Of a stretch of DNA of 26,331 nt, positions 25,945 through 26,331 are shown one piece after another. Every line of letters begins with the position of its first letter. Position 1 is the stretch's first letter. The position numbers and the translations under genes are program-made. The DNA is taken from positions 1-26,331 of the IMG/VR virus record IMGVR_UViG_3300042348_000006, one strand, 5' to 3'. Source of the DNA: a virus. Its lineage: Duplodnaviria > Caudoviricetes. The notes under the pieces are model-generated. The model made no database searches, had not been told where the DNA came from, and saw only the letters and a list, made by a program, of their open reading frames with translations.

Positions 25945-26331
25945 TTAGATAAATGTTTTATCTTTCTGCAATAGTAATTCGTCTATGTTTATAACCATCC
26001 GTTTAGACTTTTCCCTATTGGATAAAAATGGGTTCTTCATATGATGATGTTGATATTGACCGTAGTTGATCATCTCTCTTGCCCTGATCTCGCAGAACCA
26101 AAGCGCCATCACCATATCGGTCTTACCCTTAGTGGCAGGTGACCAAGTTATCAACTGCTCTATAAGAGCCTTGACATTCTCGGTTTGATCACTAGGCAAA
26201 TGAATCAGATTATCTCTGTGGTGTTTGCCATCGTGCTGCTTTGTTCCAAACAGTGTAGACATAGAGGCCACACCGAATCCTGAGTCCCACTTATTATTAC
26301 CTGTGTGGTGTTCCTTTAAAACAACTCCACG
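25945..26331 (-). CDS. terminase large subunit, C-terminal fragment (gene starts outside the window)
   Basis: The frame is open to the window edge (RGVVLKEHHTGNNKWDSGFGVASM...). LIEQLITW...KTDMVMALWF resembles the end of the nuclease domain, and the gene precedes the portal. Confidence 0.75.
   Translation of the reverse strand, partial: RGVVLKEHHTGNNKWDSGFGVASMSTLFGTKQHDGKHHRDNLIHLPSDQTENVKALIEQLITWSPATKGKTDMVMALWFCEIRAREMINYGQYQHHHMKNPFLSNREKSKRMVINIDELLLQKDKTFI

Overview
Morphogenesis and lysis half of a tailed-phage genome, almost entirely on the minus strand. Transcription order (high to low coordinates): terminase large subunit C-terminus, portal, three small genes, three large putative internal/ejection proteins (1614, 473, 388 aa), scaffold, major capsid, a chain of seven tiny genes (five missing from the ORF track, most Lys-rich), a fibre block (adaptor-like proteins, (Gly-X-Thr)n collagen, two Gly-rich paralogs), two glycosyltransferases (GT25 and GT2-TPR), tail adaptor, tail fibre, 7-blade propeller, nozzle, then holin-like/CHAP endolysin/holin. 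Beyond these are one plus-strand Cys-rich gene, a hairpin-rich divergent intergenic region, and an HslV/proteasome-beta-like Thr protease starting a second leftward unit. There is no tape measure or sheath gene, so podovirus morphology is inferred. A low-GC (freshwater-type) actinobacterial host is a weaker inference. The best leads are the collagen plus two glycosyltransferases (candidate virion glycosylation system), a double-pseudoknot RNA leader covering the scaffold RBS, the basic micro-gene chain with a 27-aa MCATCGCG peptide, and GAA-triloop hairpins at the divergence point. All product calls come from motif recognition and gene order; no database searches were run.
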